A stretch of DNA of 64,000 nucleotides from Candidatus Heimdallarchaeota archaeon (GTDB lineage: Archaea; Asgardarchaeota; Heimdallarchaeia; Hodarchaeales; Hodarchaeaceae): positions 480,001 to 544,000 of the forward strand of contig RDOB01000002.1 in NCBI GenBank assembly GCA_011364965.1, written 5' to 3'. Positions 10,755 through 18,913 of this stretch are shown one piece after another. A program made the position numbers and the translations under genes. The stretch's first letter is position 1, and each line of letters opens with the position of its first letter. The notes below the pieces were generated by a model. The model ran no database searches. It was not told the DNA's origin and was given only the letters and a program-made list of their open reading frames with translations.

Positions 10755-11438
10755 TTAGATTCTACTCTCAATCATTTTTGTGACCTTTTCTAAATGGGTC
10801 GTTGTGATTTCCAACGCTTGAATGATTGAATCAATAGTCATTACGAATCTCTTTTTTCTTACGATTCCTTCAAGGTATTTCTCAAGTGTGATATTCCAAA
10901 TAATTGATGAAGGAGATTTGAAGTATTTCTTGAATTCTAATAGATATTGTTCGGGATCTTTCGTATTTATCAGTGGAGAATAAAGCTGAATATTCAAACT
11001 TTCTGGTTTAATATTCTTCAAGTGCGTCTGAAGGTCAATATCCTGCGTTAACAGTTCAGAAAGTGCATCAGAGATCATTAAATTCGGTATTTCTTGTTTT
11101 AAGTATGTTAAGCTAGAAGAACTTGTGAAATAGTAATATTTCTTTATAACTCCTCTTTGCTTTAATTCACACTCCACTCCTTTTAGACCTTGAAATAAAA
11201 ATTTATCTTGATTGGTAAACTCTTCTTCAGAAACGAGAGTTTTTGAAGCTATAAATTGCCATGATTTATCAGCAGAATATGAAAGACGTTTAGGTCTTAA
11301 AAGTATTGAATCAAACGAAGATCTATCAAATGGAATTAGTACACTCCCTCCAATATTTGAAATTTGTAATTCGCCATATTTACCCAGATATTTCGCAAAT
11401 GGGACAAGTAAGATATCGGAATAGGAATCTGTCATCAT
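10755..11438 (-). CDS. Hypothetical soluble protein
   Basis: 227-aa ORF filling the gap; no recognisable motif. Confidence 0.7.
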   Translation of the reverse strand: MMTDSYSDILLVPFAKYLGKYGELQISNIGGSVLIPFDRSSFDSILLRPKRLSYSADKSWQFIASKTLVSEEEFTNQDKFLFQGLKGVECELKQRGVIKKYYYFTSSSSLTYLKQEIPNLMISDALSELLTQDIDLQTHLKNIKPESLNIQLYSPLINTKDPEQYLLEFKKYFKSPSSIIWNITLEKYLEGIVRKKRFVMTIDSIIQALEITTTHLEKVTKMIESRI

Positions 11439-11514
11439 TCTAACCGTTCATTTTTGATTATTATCCTAAGGTCACTCTAGAAGGTATTAGGTATTTACTT
11501 TTGATGTAGCTTAT

Positions 11515-11535
11515 ACCCATATCAATTACCCATTT
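11515..11535. promoter_or_regulatory. Candidate operator: ACCCATAT-N5-ACCCATTT (two half-sites in direct orientation)
   Basis: Exact ACCCATAT half-site plus a 7/8 copy, between divergent genes. Confidence 0.5.
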
Positions 11536-11613
11536 ACCGCTATAGAGAGAAATAATTTTAAATTTAGCAAAAATTACTTTGTGAATTATTGAAATCTGTA
11601 ATGGAGGATTAAA

Positions 11614-13836
11614 ATGAGAAATATCAGGTCTGGAATCGTAATTCTTATTTTTTTAAGCTTAATCTCACTTCAAGTATATAATGTCAGTAATAATTTGAGA
11701 GATGACCAAGGTCTTAATTCCCCCCTTCCTTCTCTCAGTACAAAACAAGCTGATATATTAAAGATAGATATTCAAGTAACTGCCCCAAATGGTTATTCAA
11801 TGCAAGGAAATACTCCAATCATATTGAAACTTTCAACTATAGCTGCACAATTACCTGGAGGATACGATGCATTTGGTGATACAACACCTGCAGACTCCAC
11901 TGACAACATAAAATGGACAGGATCTTATGTAACTTATGAAAATGATATTATTCCAAGTCAAGTTGATGATATTGATAGTACGATCGGATATTCTGCTGAT
12001 GATGAATTTTTGTTTCAGCTTCCGAGCGATGTTTCTTTAGCATCAGGTGAATCGACTGATTTCGCACTTTATATTGGTACAGAAGAATTAAATTTACCAG
12101 AGCCGATTTTCCCTGAAACATGTCCTATCTATGACTATCCGGAATTGAAAGAAGTACAACAAAGATTCCCAGATATGCTTGGAACAGTTTACAATCTTGA
12201 TAACGGAAAGATAAGGGTTAGCGCTCTTGTTGATGCTGCTTGGAGTTCTGGCGGTATGTATCATCTTGCTTTAACCGATGAATTAGGTGAAAACACTTGG
12301 GATGCTATTAAACAAGGTTTTCTTGAAGACTGGGAAGCTTGGAAATGGGCTCGTTTTGCTACAGTCGAGCAATTTATAGAACTAAACGATGCTGCAGGTT
12401 CTAATCCCTTTTATTTACCAGATCCAAGTAGAACATCATTGATAAGTGGGCCTGTGAGATGTCGGATACAAATGCGCTCAACTCCTCCTTATGGTAAAGC
12501 TGCTTCATCTTGGGGAACCATTCCAAATCTCTATGGACTTGTTACATATAATCTTTTTGCCAACTTACCGTATGTAGACTATATATTAGATACAACAGGA
12601 TCAGCTAAAGATGAACATCCAACACTAATTATAGAGCTTCAAAACCGGGAATTTAATCCTGGAGGATACGGAAGTCCTTATAAGGGGTTATATTTTCCAG
12701 GATATGGCTGGCAGGATCGTTCACCTGATGATTTGGACACACATATAGCCACATCTTCCGATTTTACTGACCCTTGGTATATTGAAAAATTACCGCCAGG
12801 TGAGATAATGAATCCTGACTGGGCAGATTCTGACAAGCTAGGTGTTGGAATTATTTTTAATGATGCTGGTCTATCTAATATCACATGGAAACGAGGCTCT
12901 GAAAGCGTAAATCTTGTTTATGATGCAGCAGAGATTCCTTTGCATGCGAGATATCTTCCCTATGACGTTACTGTTACAGATGATGCAATATCGTATATGG
13001 AGGCAGCATATGAGGAATGGCTACGACCTGATCCAGATTTCTCCTTTTCTGTTTCTACTGTAAATGAATTACCTTTTGAAGCCATCTTCGTGAGTAGACC
13101 TGATGTTTATTATGACAATAACACTAACCTCATCCAAATTGAGAATATTACGGCTATTTCGACACAACTTGGGGTTATTAATAATACCATTTCTTCCACT
13201 CATACCTATGAGGTGGTAACTGCTCGTCAAAAGACCTCTACGGGACTAACCGGAGATCTTATTTGGAATTCGACAACTTCTTCTTGGGAAGTAACAAATG
13301 TGGATGTTTCTTCATTAGATCTTGAAATAGCCTATACGGTTTTCGCTACATTCCAAATAGGCGAAATCATTGGTAAAAGTCCGTATTCAAAATCCTTTCC
13401 AGAGATTCCTGATATTTATGCACCCACTATTACGAGCGTCATCCAATCACCTATGGCTACCGCAATTATCCGGCACACAGATGAGGTGAACGTCTCTGCT
13501 CTTGTTACAGATGATGATTCAGGAGTTGAGAAAGTCATTTTATCCTATAATAACGGTGAATGGTTCAATATAACAATGTCCTTAATTTCAGGGCTTTATG
13601 TTGGAACAATCCCTCCTCAAGATGAAGGATTAACAATCTGGTACAAAATCATTGCATACGATTATGAAGGAAACTGGAATGATACAGATCTATTTTCCTA
13701 TACAATAGCGATTGAATATCGGCCAGGGCAAGGATTACTTCCATTGCTTGGAATTTCTGCAATTATTATAATTGCAGTAGTAGTTGCCTTGAGAACAATG
13801 GGAATGCATCGCATTAAATACGATCAGGTTGAATAG
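11614..13836 (+). CDS. Secreted, C-terminally membrane-anchored beta-rich surface protein (DUF4861-like N-terminal region plus Ig-like stalk); paralog of 14126-15583
   Basis: Signal peptide; IPSQVDD...DEFLFQLP and GPVR motifs; many NxS/T sequons; C-terminal TM; SD-like GGAGG upstream. Confidence 0.7.
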   Translation: MRNIRSGIVILIFLSLISLQVYNVSNNLRDDQGLNSPLPSLSTKQADILKIDIQVTAPNGYSMQGNTPIILKLSTIAAQLPGGYDAFGDTTPADSTDNIKWTGSYVTYENDIIPSQVDDIDSTIGYSADDEFLFQLPSDVSLASGESTDFALYIGTEELNLPEPIFPETCPIYDYPELKEVQQRFPDMLGTVYNLDNGKIRVSALVDAAWSSGGMYHLALTDELGENTWDAIKQGFLEDWEAWKWARFATVEQFIELNDAAGSNPFYLPDPSRTSLISGPVRCRIQMRSTPPYGKAASSWGTIPNLYGLVTYNLFANLPYVDYILDTTGSAKDEHPTLIIELQNREFNPGGYGSPYKGLYFPGYGWQDRSPDDLDTHIATSSDFTDPWYIEKLPPGEIMNPDWADSDKLGVGIIFNDAGLSNITWKRGSESVNLVYDAAEIPLHARYLPYDVTVTDDAISYMEAAYEEWLRPDPDFSFSVSTVNELPFEAIFVSRPDVYYDNNTNLIQIENITAISTQLGVINNTISSTHTYEVVTARQKTSTGLTGDLIWNSTTSSWEVTNVDVSSLDLEIAYTVFATFQIGEIIGKSPYSKSFPEIPDIYAPTITSVIQSPMATAIIRHTDEVNVSALVTDDDSGVEKVILSYNNGEWFNITMSLISGLYVGTIPPQDEGLTIWYKIIAYDYEGNWNDTDLFSYTIAIEYRPGQGLLPLLGISAIIIIAVVVALRTMGMHRIKYDQVE

Positions 13837-13841
13837 ATAAC

Positions 13842-13897
13842 TGAGAATCTTTAATAAGCAGAAAGTTAAGATTCTCAACCTTTTTCTATTTTTTTTT
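13842..13897 (+). terminator. Hairpin plus T-tract terminator
   Basis: TGAGAATCTT/AAGATTCTCA 10-bp inverted repeat followed by T runs just after stop 13836. Confidence 0.6.
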
Positions 13898-13973
13898 GAA
13901 TTCAATATTGATAGAGAAGTGTCTATCTTTTCCATTATTAAGGTAAACTCGAATTAGCTTAATCTCTTACTTC

Positions 13974-13994
13974 ACCCATATAATTGATACGGCT
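13974..13994. promoter_or_regulatory. Candidate operator ACCCATAT-N5-ATACGGCT
   Basis: 17/24 identical to the 2082-2105 site; upstream of 14126. Confidence 0.6.
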
Positions 13995-14125
13995 TAAAAT
14001 CCAATCTAATCTGGAAAATCTATCGTTAAACTTAAATAAGAATATACGTATCAGTTCCCGTTGTTAGAGAAGATAATCCTAACAATGAATTGAGATAAAA
14101 CTCGTCTTGAAAAGAGGAGAATCTA

Positions 14126-15583
14126 ATGCGAAAGAATAAATTAGCTTTTTCATTCTTGTTTGCTGCGATCTTTTTGTCACTCTTTGTTGTACCCACAATC
14201 GTTAGTGCTGCAGAGGGTAAAAAAGTAGCTGTGTTCAAAGTGACCGCAGGAACAGATGATATAGTAGCAAAAACCCCCATCGTTATCAAAGTTGAGGATT
14301 TACCAGAAGGGGTTACTGCATTAGCAACTGCAGTTGTATATGATGGAAGTGATGCTTTACCCACTCAAGCAGATAATTTGTACGGTGATAGTGCCATTGA
14401 TGAAATAGTATTCCAATTACCCGAAACGATTGCTGCAGGTGAATCTGCATCTTTTACACTCTATGTGGACGAAGAAGCATCTAATAATGGACAAAATGCT
14501 AGCGCTACCATTGATCTTGCACATGAGGATCATTATAATGAAACTTATGAGAATTGGCTACCTGCTGCTTATGTAGCAGGTTATAAGAATGCTTCTGGTT
14601 ATGCACCAGCAGTCGATGAAGTTGGTGAAGTGATTTGGGTTGAAACTGACTGGGCTATTCTATGTTTATATGTATCTGCTGGTTGGCGTCAGGGAACATG
14701 GAAGCATGCTTACATTAAAAACTCCAATCATGATGCATTAATGGCAAATTATGATCCTTGGACTGATTGGCGTTGGCAATGGCTTCGTTTTGGATACGAA
14801 TCCGATTATGGTTGGCATAACGGAGATTACCCAGATGAGGTTATGATTGCTAAAGTAGGACCTGTAAGAGCTGTAGTACAGACAAAAACTGGAGTTGGTT
14901 ATGTTGGACCCACAGGAAACGTTGATAATCTAAAATTACTCCGAACCTATACAATTTATAGTGGTTTCCAAGGTTTGAGGCAAAATATCCGTATGACTGG
15001 TTCGGATGCTGCTCAAGCTGCCACTGATTTTACTGCCCTGTATAATGGAGAAAACCTCACATTCGTTAGTAAATGGATGGACTTCGGTGTAGAAAGCACA
15101 GATGATCCTTGGGTTTATGTAGCCACTGGAAATAAATACGATCGAGTATATTCTCCAGGAACACCTAATGCTGGAGGAAATTCAAACCGTCAGAATGGTG
15201 ATAACCAGTATCTTGAACTAGCTGAGATGGAAGATTCGTATTTTGCTATGTACAGTAGTACTACCAATAATGGATATGTTATCAACTTCGGACTCAATTT
15301 TACCTGGATCATGGATTACGTTGTTGGTATTGATTGGTCGGATGGAGAAATTGTCGTTAAGCAAGAATACGATAAATTCCCATTAACTGGTGTTGAGCGA
15401 GTTTTCATTCCGTTTGGCGGATCTACCACTGATGTTGAGGCAAAAATTGATGGTTTGAATGCTATGTGGACTGCTGACTTTTCCTATGAAGTTACCAAAC
15501 CTGCTCCCGCTCCTGGATTCGAGCTTTTCGTTGGATTGTTTGCCTTCGCTGCTATAGCAATCTTTTATAAAAAGAGGAGATAA
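14126..15583 (+). CDS. Secreted PGF-CTERM (archaeosortase-type) surface protein, DUF4861-like; paralog of 11614-13836
   Basis: Signal peptide ending VSA-A; LPTQADN...DEIVFQLP; GPVRA; C-terminus APAPGFELFVGLFAFAAIAIFYKKRR is PGF + TM + basic tail. Confidence 0.8.
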   Translation: MRKNKLAFSFLFAAIFLSLFVVPTIVSAAEGKKVAVFKVTAGTDDIVAKTPIVIKVEDLPEGVTALATAVVYDGSDALPTQADNLYGDSAIDEIVFQLPETIAAGESASFTLYVDEEASNNGQNASATIDLAHEDHYNETYENWLPAAYVAGYKNASGYAPAVDEVGEVIWVETDWAILCLYVSAGWRQGTWKHAYIKNSNHDALMANYDPWTDWRWQWLRFGYESDYGWHNGDYPDEVMIAKVGPVRAVVQTKTGVGYVGPTGNVDNLKLLRTYTIYSGFQGLRQNIRMTGSDAAQAATDFTALYNGENLTFVSKWMDFGVESTDDPWVYVATGNKYDRVYSPGTPNAGGNSNRQNGDNQYLELAEMEDSYFAMYSSTTNNGYVINFGLNFTWIMDYVVGIDWSDGEIVVKQEYDKFPLTGVERVFIPFGGSTTDVEAKIDGLNAMWTADFSYEVTKPAPAPGFELFVGLFAFAAIAIFYKKRR

Positions 15584-15606
15584 ATCCTCTCCTTCCCCCT
15601 TTTTTT
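15573..15606 (+). terminator. Short hairpin plus T-tract between convergent genes
   Basis: AGAGGA/TCCTCT stem over the stop codon, then a C-run and T7. Confidence 0.4.
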
Positions 15607-15612
15607 ATAATT

Positions 15613-15834
15613 TTAGGTTAAAATTACCCATGTTTCTTTATCTTTGGTTAATTCTTTCACAATTTCTTTCTCTTTTAGTAGTTCTAGTGCTTTCAAGAAG
15701 TATATATTTGCTAGTTTAGTCTGTTTCTTCAACTCCAACATTGAAAGTTTTTTTTTATTATGTTCTAATGTTTCAAGAATTGTACCTTGACTCATTCCAA
15801 GAATTCGAGAAGGAATTACATTTGCAGACATCAT
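15613..15834 (-). CDS. Small winged-helix DNA-binding protein (DUF2582-like)
   Basis: 73 aa, basic; GTILETL...LSMLELKKQTKL...ALELLKEKEIV wHTH pattern; 12 bp downstream of GH130. Confidence 0.6.
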   Translation of the reverse strand: MMSANVIPSRILGMSQGTILETLEHNKKKLSMLELKKQTKLANIYFLKALELLKEKEIVKELTKDKETWVILT

Positions 15835-15846
15835 TAAAACCTTATT

Positions 15847-16743
15847 CTAAAGAGCTTGCAGGAGTTTTGTTTTGTCAATGAAAGCGACTGCTATACATTT
15901 ATCAGCAGCTCCATAATAAACCAAAAATTTCTTATCTTTCTCGACCACTCCACAAGTAAAACAAACATTTGGTACGTCTCCTTCCTTTTCGTAATCTAAT
16001 TCAGGCTTTAAAATCGGATCCTCGATAATACTAATAATCTTCGTGGGATCCTTCAGATCAAGAAGCATTACTCCTAAACTATAATGTAATTCCTTACTTA
16101 CACCATGATAGAAATTCACCCATCCTTCATCTGTTTTAATTGGGGGTGCTCCTGCACCTACTTTGAAATCTTGCCAAGAGTTTTTGATAGGAGAGAAGAA
16201 TTTTTTATGATCCGTCCAATTTTTCAGATCTTTTGAGTATGCAATCCACATATCAGGTTCTGGTGCTCGATGCATTAGTGCATAACGTCCATTTATTTTC
16301 TCTGGAAATAATACTCCATCTTTATCACGATACTCATTAATTACTGTTCCATATTTTTTGAATGTTTTGAAGTCAGAGGTTGAAGCAATTCCTATATGGA
16401 AATCCACATCCCCTGCGGGAACAGGTGTTCGAACTGCGGTATAACAGATGTAATATTTTCCTTCCAACCATGTTATGCGGGGATCCTCGACTCCATACTT
16501 TTCAAATGGTTCCTCTGGTACCATTACGGGTTCTGGTCGTGCTTTAAAATTATAACCATCATCACTCTCTGCCAAACCTAAAGTGGAAATATACGTTTCA
16601 TAATTTCCAATTGCACGATATAATAAAATTATTTTTTCTTTGAATAGCGTTGCTCCGCAGTTAAAAACTGCACCTTGTTGCCATTCATAATTAGGATTCG
16701 GTTTCAATACTGGATTTTTCTTATAACGCTCTAAATATACCAT
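15847..16743 (-). CDS. Glycoside hydrolase family 130 protein, probable beta-mannoside phosphorylase
   Basis: NPVL, AVFNCGA, LLYRA, GVEDPRIT, DKDGVLFPEKING, HR, KVGAGAPP, YHG, PNVCF and YYGAAD motifs; basic phosphate-site residues appear retained. Confidence 0.92.
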   Translation of the reverse strand: MVYLERYKKNPVLKPNPNYEWQQGAVFNCGATLFKEKIILLYRAIGNYETYISTLGLAESDDGYNFKARPEPVMVPEEPFEKYGVEDPRITWLEGKYYICYTAVRTPVPAGDVDFHIGIASTSDFKTFKKYGTVINEYRDKDGVLFPEKINGRYALMHRAPEPDMWIAYSKDLKNWTDHKKFFSPIKNSWQDFKVGAGAPPIKTDEGWVNFYHGVSKELHYSLGVMLLDLKDPTKIISIIEDPILKPELDYEKEGDVPNVCFTCGVVEKDKKFLVYYGAADKCIAVAFIDKTKLLQAL

Positions 16744-16767
16744 TTTATTTTCATTCCTTTCAATATT

Positions 16768-18717
16768 TCATTTTTTTGGTTGTAATATCTTTACAAAGAA
16801 TATTGTAAGTACAATTAAAGATCCTATTAGAAAGATTATGATTGGCACTGATTCTTCAAGCGAAGGATAATGACTTTGGGGAGTTGTTGTTGCAGTTGTA
16901 GTACTTGTTTCTGTTAATATTGCGCTTGATGTAGCAGTTGTTAACCAATTGGTTTCCTTTGGAGTATATTCGAAAGAAATCATATTATCGGAATTAATTG
17001 TCAAATAAGATGATCCTAAACTAGGAAGAGTTATATTAAATGCCTCTCCTGGTTGGATGTTCTCTAATAAAAGAGACCCATTCGCATAAATATTATAAGG
17101 GGCATTCATTTGCTTTAAAGTGAATTCTAAGGTCTTTGATTCGGTATATGGATTAAAAACAATAAATTGTCGTCGATTTGGAGTGGTTGGATAGCCACGA
17201 TCAAATATATTAAGATTTAGAATCATTGCATTCCTATCAGATGATTCAGCAAGGGCTTCAAATAGTAACATCAGCCAAAAAGTTTCCCCAGCACCATAGA
17301 TCTCTTTACCATTGTAGCCAGTTAAATAACGATAACTTTCTGGTTCATATTCTCTCACGGCATAATAATCGATATCCTCATATGGGATATACTGCAGACT
17401 TGTAGGTCCAAAAGGTCTTTCCTGTTCATCAGGGATATTCGGAGAGAAAAAGTAGAAATGATTGATCCTATTAAGATTGAAGATTTTTAGTGGTTCAATG
17501 GCTTTAAAATTTGGGATTTTATATAAGAATTTGAATAAATCTACCCAAAAAATTATACTTTCGATATTTTCTTTTGCAGCAGGTGCATTAATTCCCCCAG
17601 TTTCTTTAGGATTATAATAAGGTGAATAAAGGCCGTCCCGCCACGTTAAAGGAAGCCAATCACTTGATTGAGGATAAAAATTTTCTAATCCAGTTGAGCC
17701 ATGGTTATAGTACATTGCTTGCTGTTCTGCATAAAAGAATTCTAAAGCTAATTGAACAAAGTCTCTAGGAGTATCGATAATGTCATCAATTAAATCATAT
17801 TGAATTAATTTCGCAGATGCCGCAACTGCAGCTGCTAACTCTTGTGGTTCATATAATAGCATATAAGGTGGTTGAACCAAACGCATTGTAGCTAAAATTT
17901 TATCTGCTTCCTCTAATAAAGTGATATTTCCTGTTAGTTCATATGCAGTTATCAAACTATATGCTAATAAACCTCCAGTACAGTAGTTTACAGTATTATA
18001 TCCACTTGCAGCATATTTAGTTATGGGGTCAACAAATTGAGGAAAGAGATAATTAAAATTATGTGCCATATCTATGGCTGACTGTAAGCTCCCAAAATAG
18101 GGTTCACCTAATACAGTTTCATTAGAAATCGAATAAAGATGTCCCCATTTTAGTACCGAGTTTTCCATGAAATACCAACTATCATGCTTTCCCTCATTTG
18201 GACGATTAGTCGATTGTTTAGTAATAGGATTATAATAATCGGGTAAATCATTTATCATGTCCTCTAATATATTCATACGAGATGTATTTGATGGAAATAA
18301 ACGCAAATATTGATATAACGGCCAGATTACATCCATTGTACTCATTAATTCAACAATTTCACGTATTCTATCAGCACCTCCCCATCCGTCTGTACCTTTA
18401 ACATAGGGCCTGAATCCCTTGATATTAGTAATAGGTTCAATTATCCAGCTAAGATCAAAGATCATTAAATCTTCTATACTCTTCTCCGCATAATCTGTCC
18501 ATGATGTTGCATTTTCTGGAAAATTACTATAACTTGGCAAAGTTTCTAAATCCGTCTTCTTTTGAGAAATCATTGCTTCCCAAGTGGTTTGAAAAGTGTC
18601 AGAGCTTTGATCAATTTGAAAAAAATTAGAACTCGGAGTAATAAACGGAAGAATAAAAATACAAAGGAATCCTCCGGTAATAAATATTGTAGTTGTTTTT
18701 CTATTCACGTTAATCAT
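16768..18717 (-). CDS. Secreted, membrane-anchored DSWYF-motif (alpha/alpha)-barrel glycosidase-like protein
   Basis: N-terminal hydrophobic signal; HDSWYF; AYELTG...LEEA helical-hairpin repeat; Thr-rich linker; C-terminal TM plus KK. Confidence 0.75.
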   Translation of the reverse strand: MINVNRKTTTIFITGGFLCIFILPFITPSSNFFQIDQSSDTFQTTWEAMISQKKTDLETLPSYSNFPENATSWTDYAEKSIEDLMIFDLSWIIEPITNIKGFRPYVKGTDGWGGADRIREIVELMSTMDVIWPLYQYLRLFPSNTSRMNILEDMINDLPDYYNPITKQSTNRPNEGKHDSWYFMENSVLKWGHLYSISNETVLGEPYFGSLQSAIDMAHNFNYLFPQFVDPITKYAASGYNTVNYCTGGLLAYSLITAYELTGNITLLEEADKILATMRLVQPPYMLLYEPQELAAAVAASAKLIQYDLIDDIIDTPRDFVQLALEFFYAEQQAMYYNHGSTGLENFYPQSSDWLPLTWRDGLYSPYYNPKETGGINAPAAKENIESIIFWVDLFKFLYKIPNFKAIEPLKIFNLNRINHFYFFSPNIPDEQERPFGPTSLQYIPYEDIDYYAVREYEPESYRYLTGYNGKEIYGAGETFWLMLLFEALAESSDRNAMILNLNIFDRGYPTTPNRRQFIVFNPYTESKTLEFTLKQMNAPYNIYANGSLLLENIQPGEAFNITLPSLGSSYLTINSDNMISFEYTPKETNWLTTATSSAILTETSTTTATTTPQSHYPSLEESVPIIIFLIGSLIVLTIFFVKILQPKK

Positions 18718-18845
18718 CCAATGTCTAACTCCTTGGGAAATCCTACGGAGTTTATATGAACATAAAGTTGATTTCCAAGATTAAGCAAATTATTCTAGGT
18801 CTTCATGCTTGATTAAATAAGTTTGATGCTCATTAATCTCTTAAT

Positions 18846-18866
18846 AACTGTATTTATTATATGGGT
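18846..18866. promoter_or_regulatory. Candidate operator AACTGTAT-N5-ATATGGGT
   Basis: Exact right half-site and 5/8 left half-site, upstream of the 18717-to-15613 operon. Confidence 0.55.
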
Positions 18867-18913
18867 TGACGCAATTTGTAACTAAAAGGATTTATTTTTC
18901 ACTGAAAGCGATT

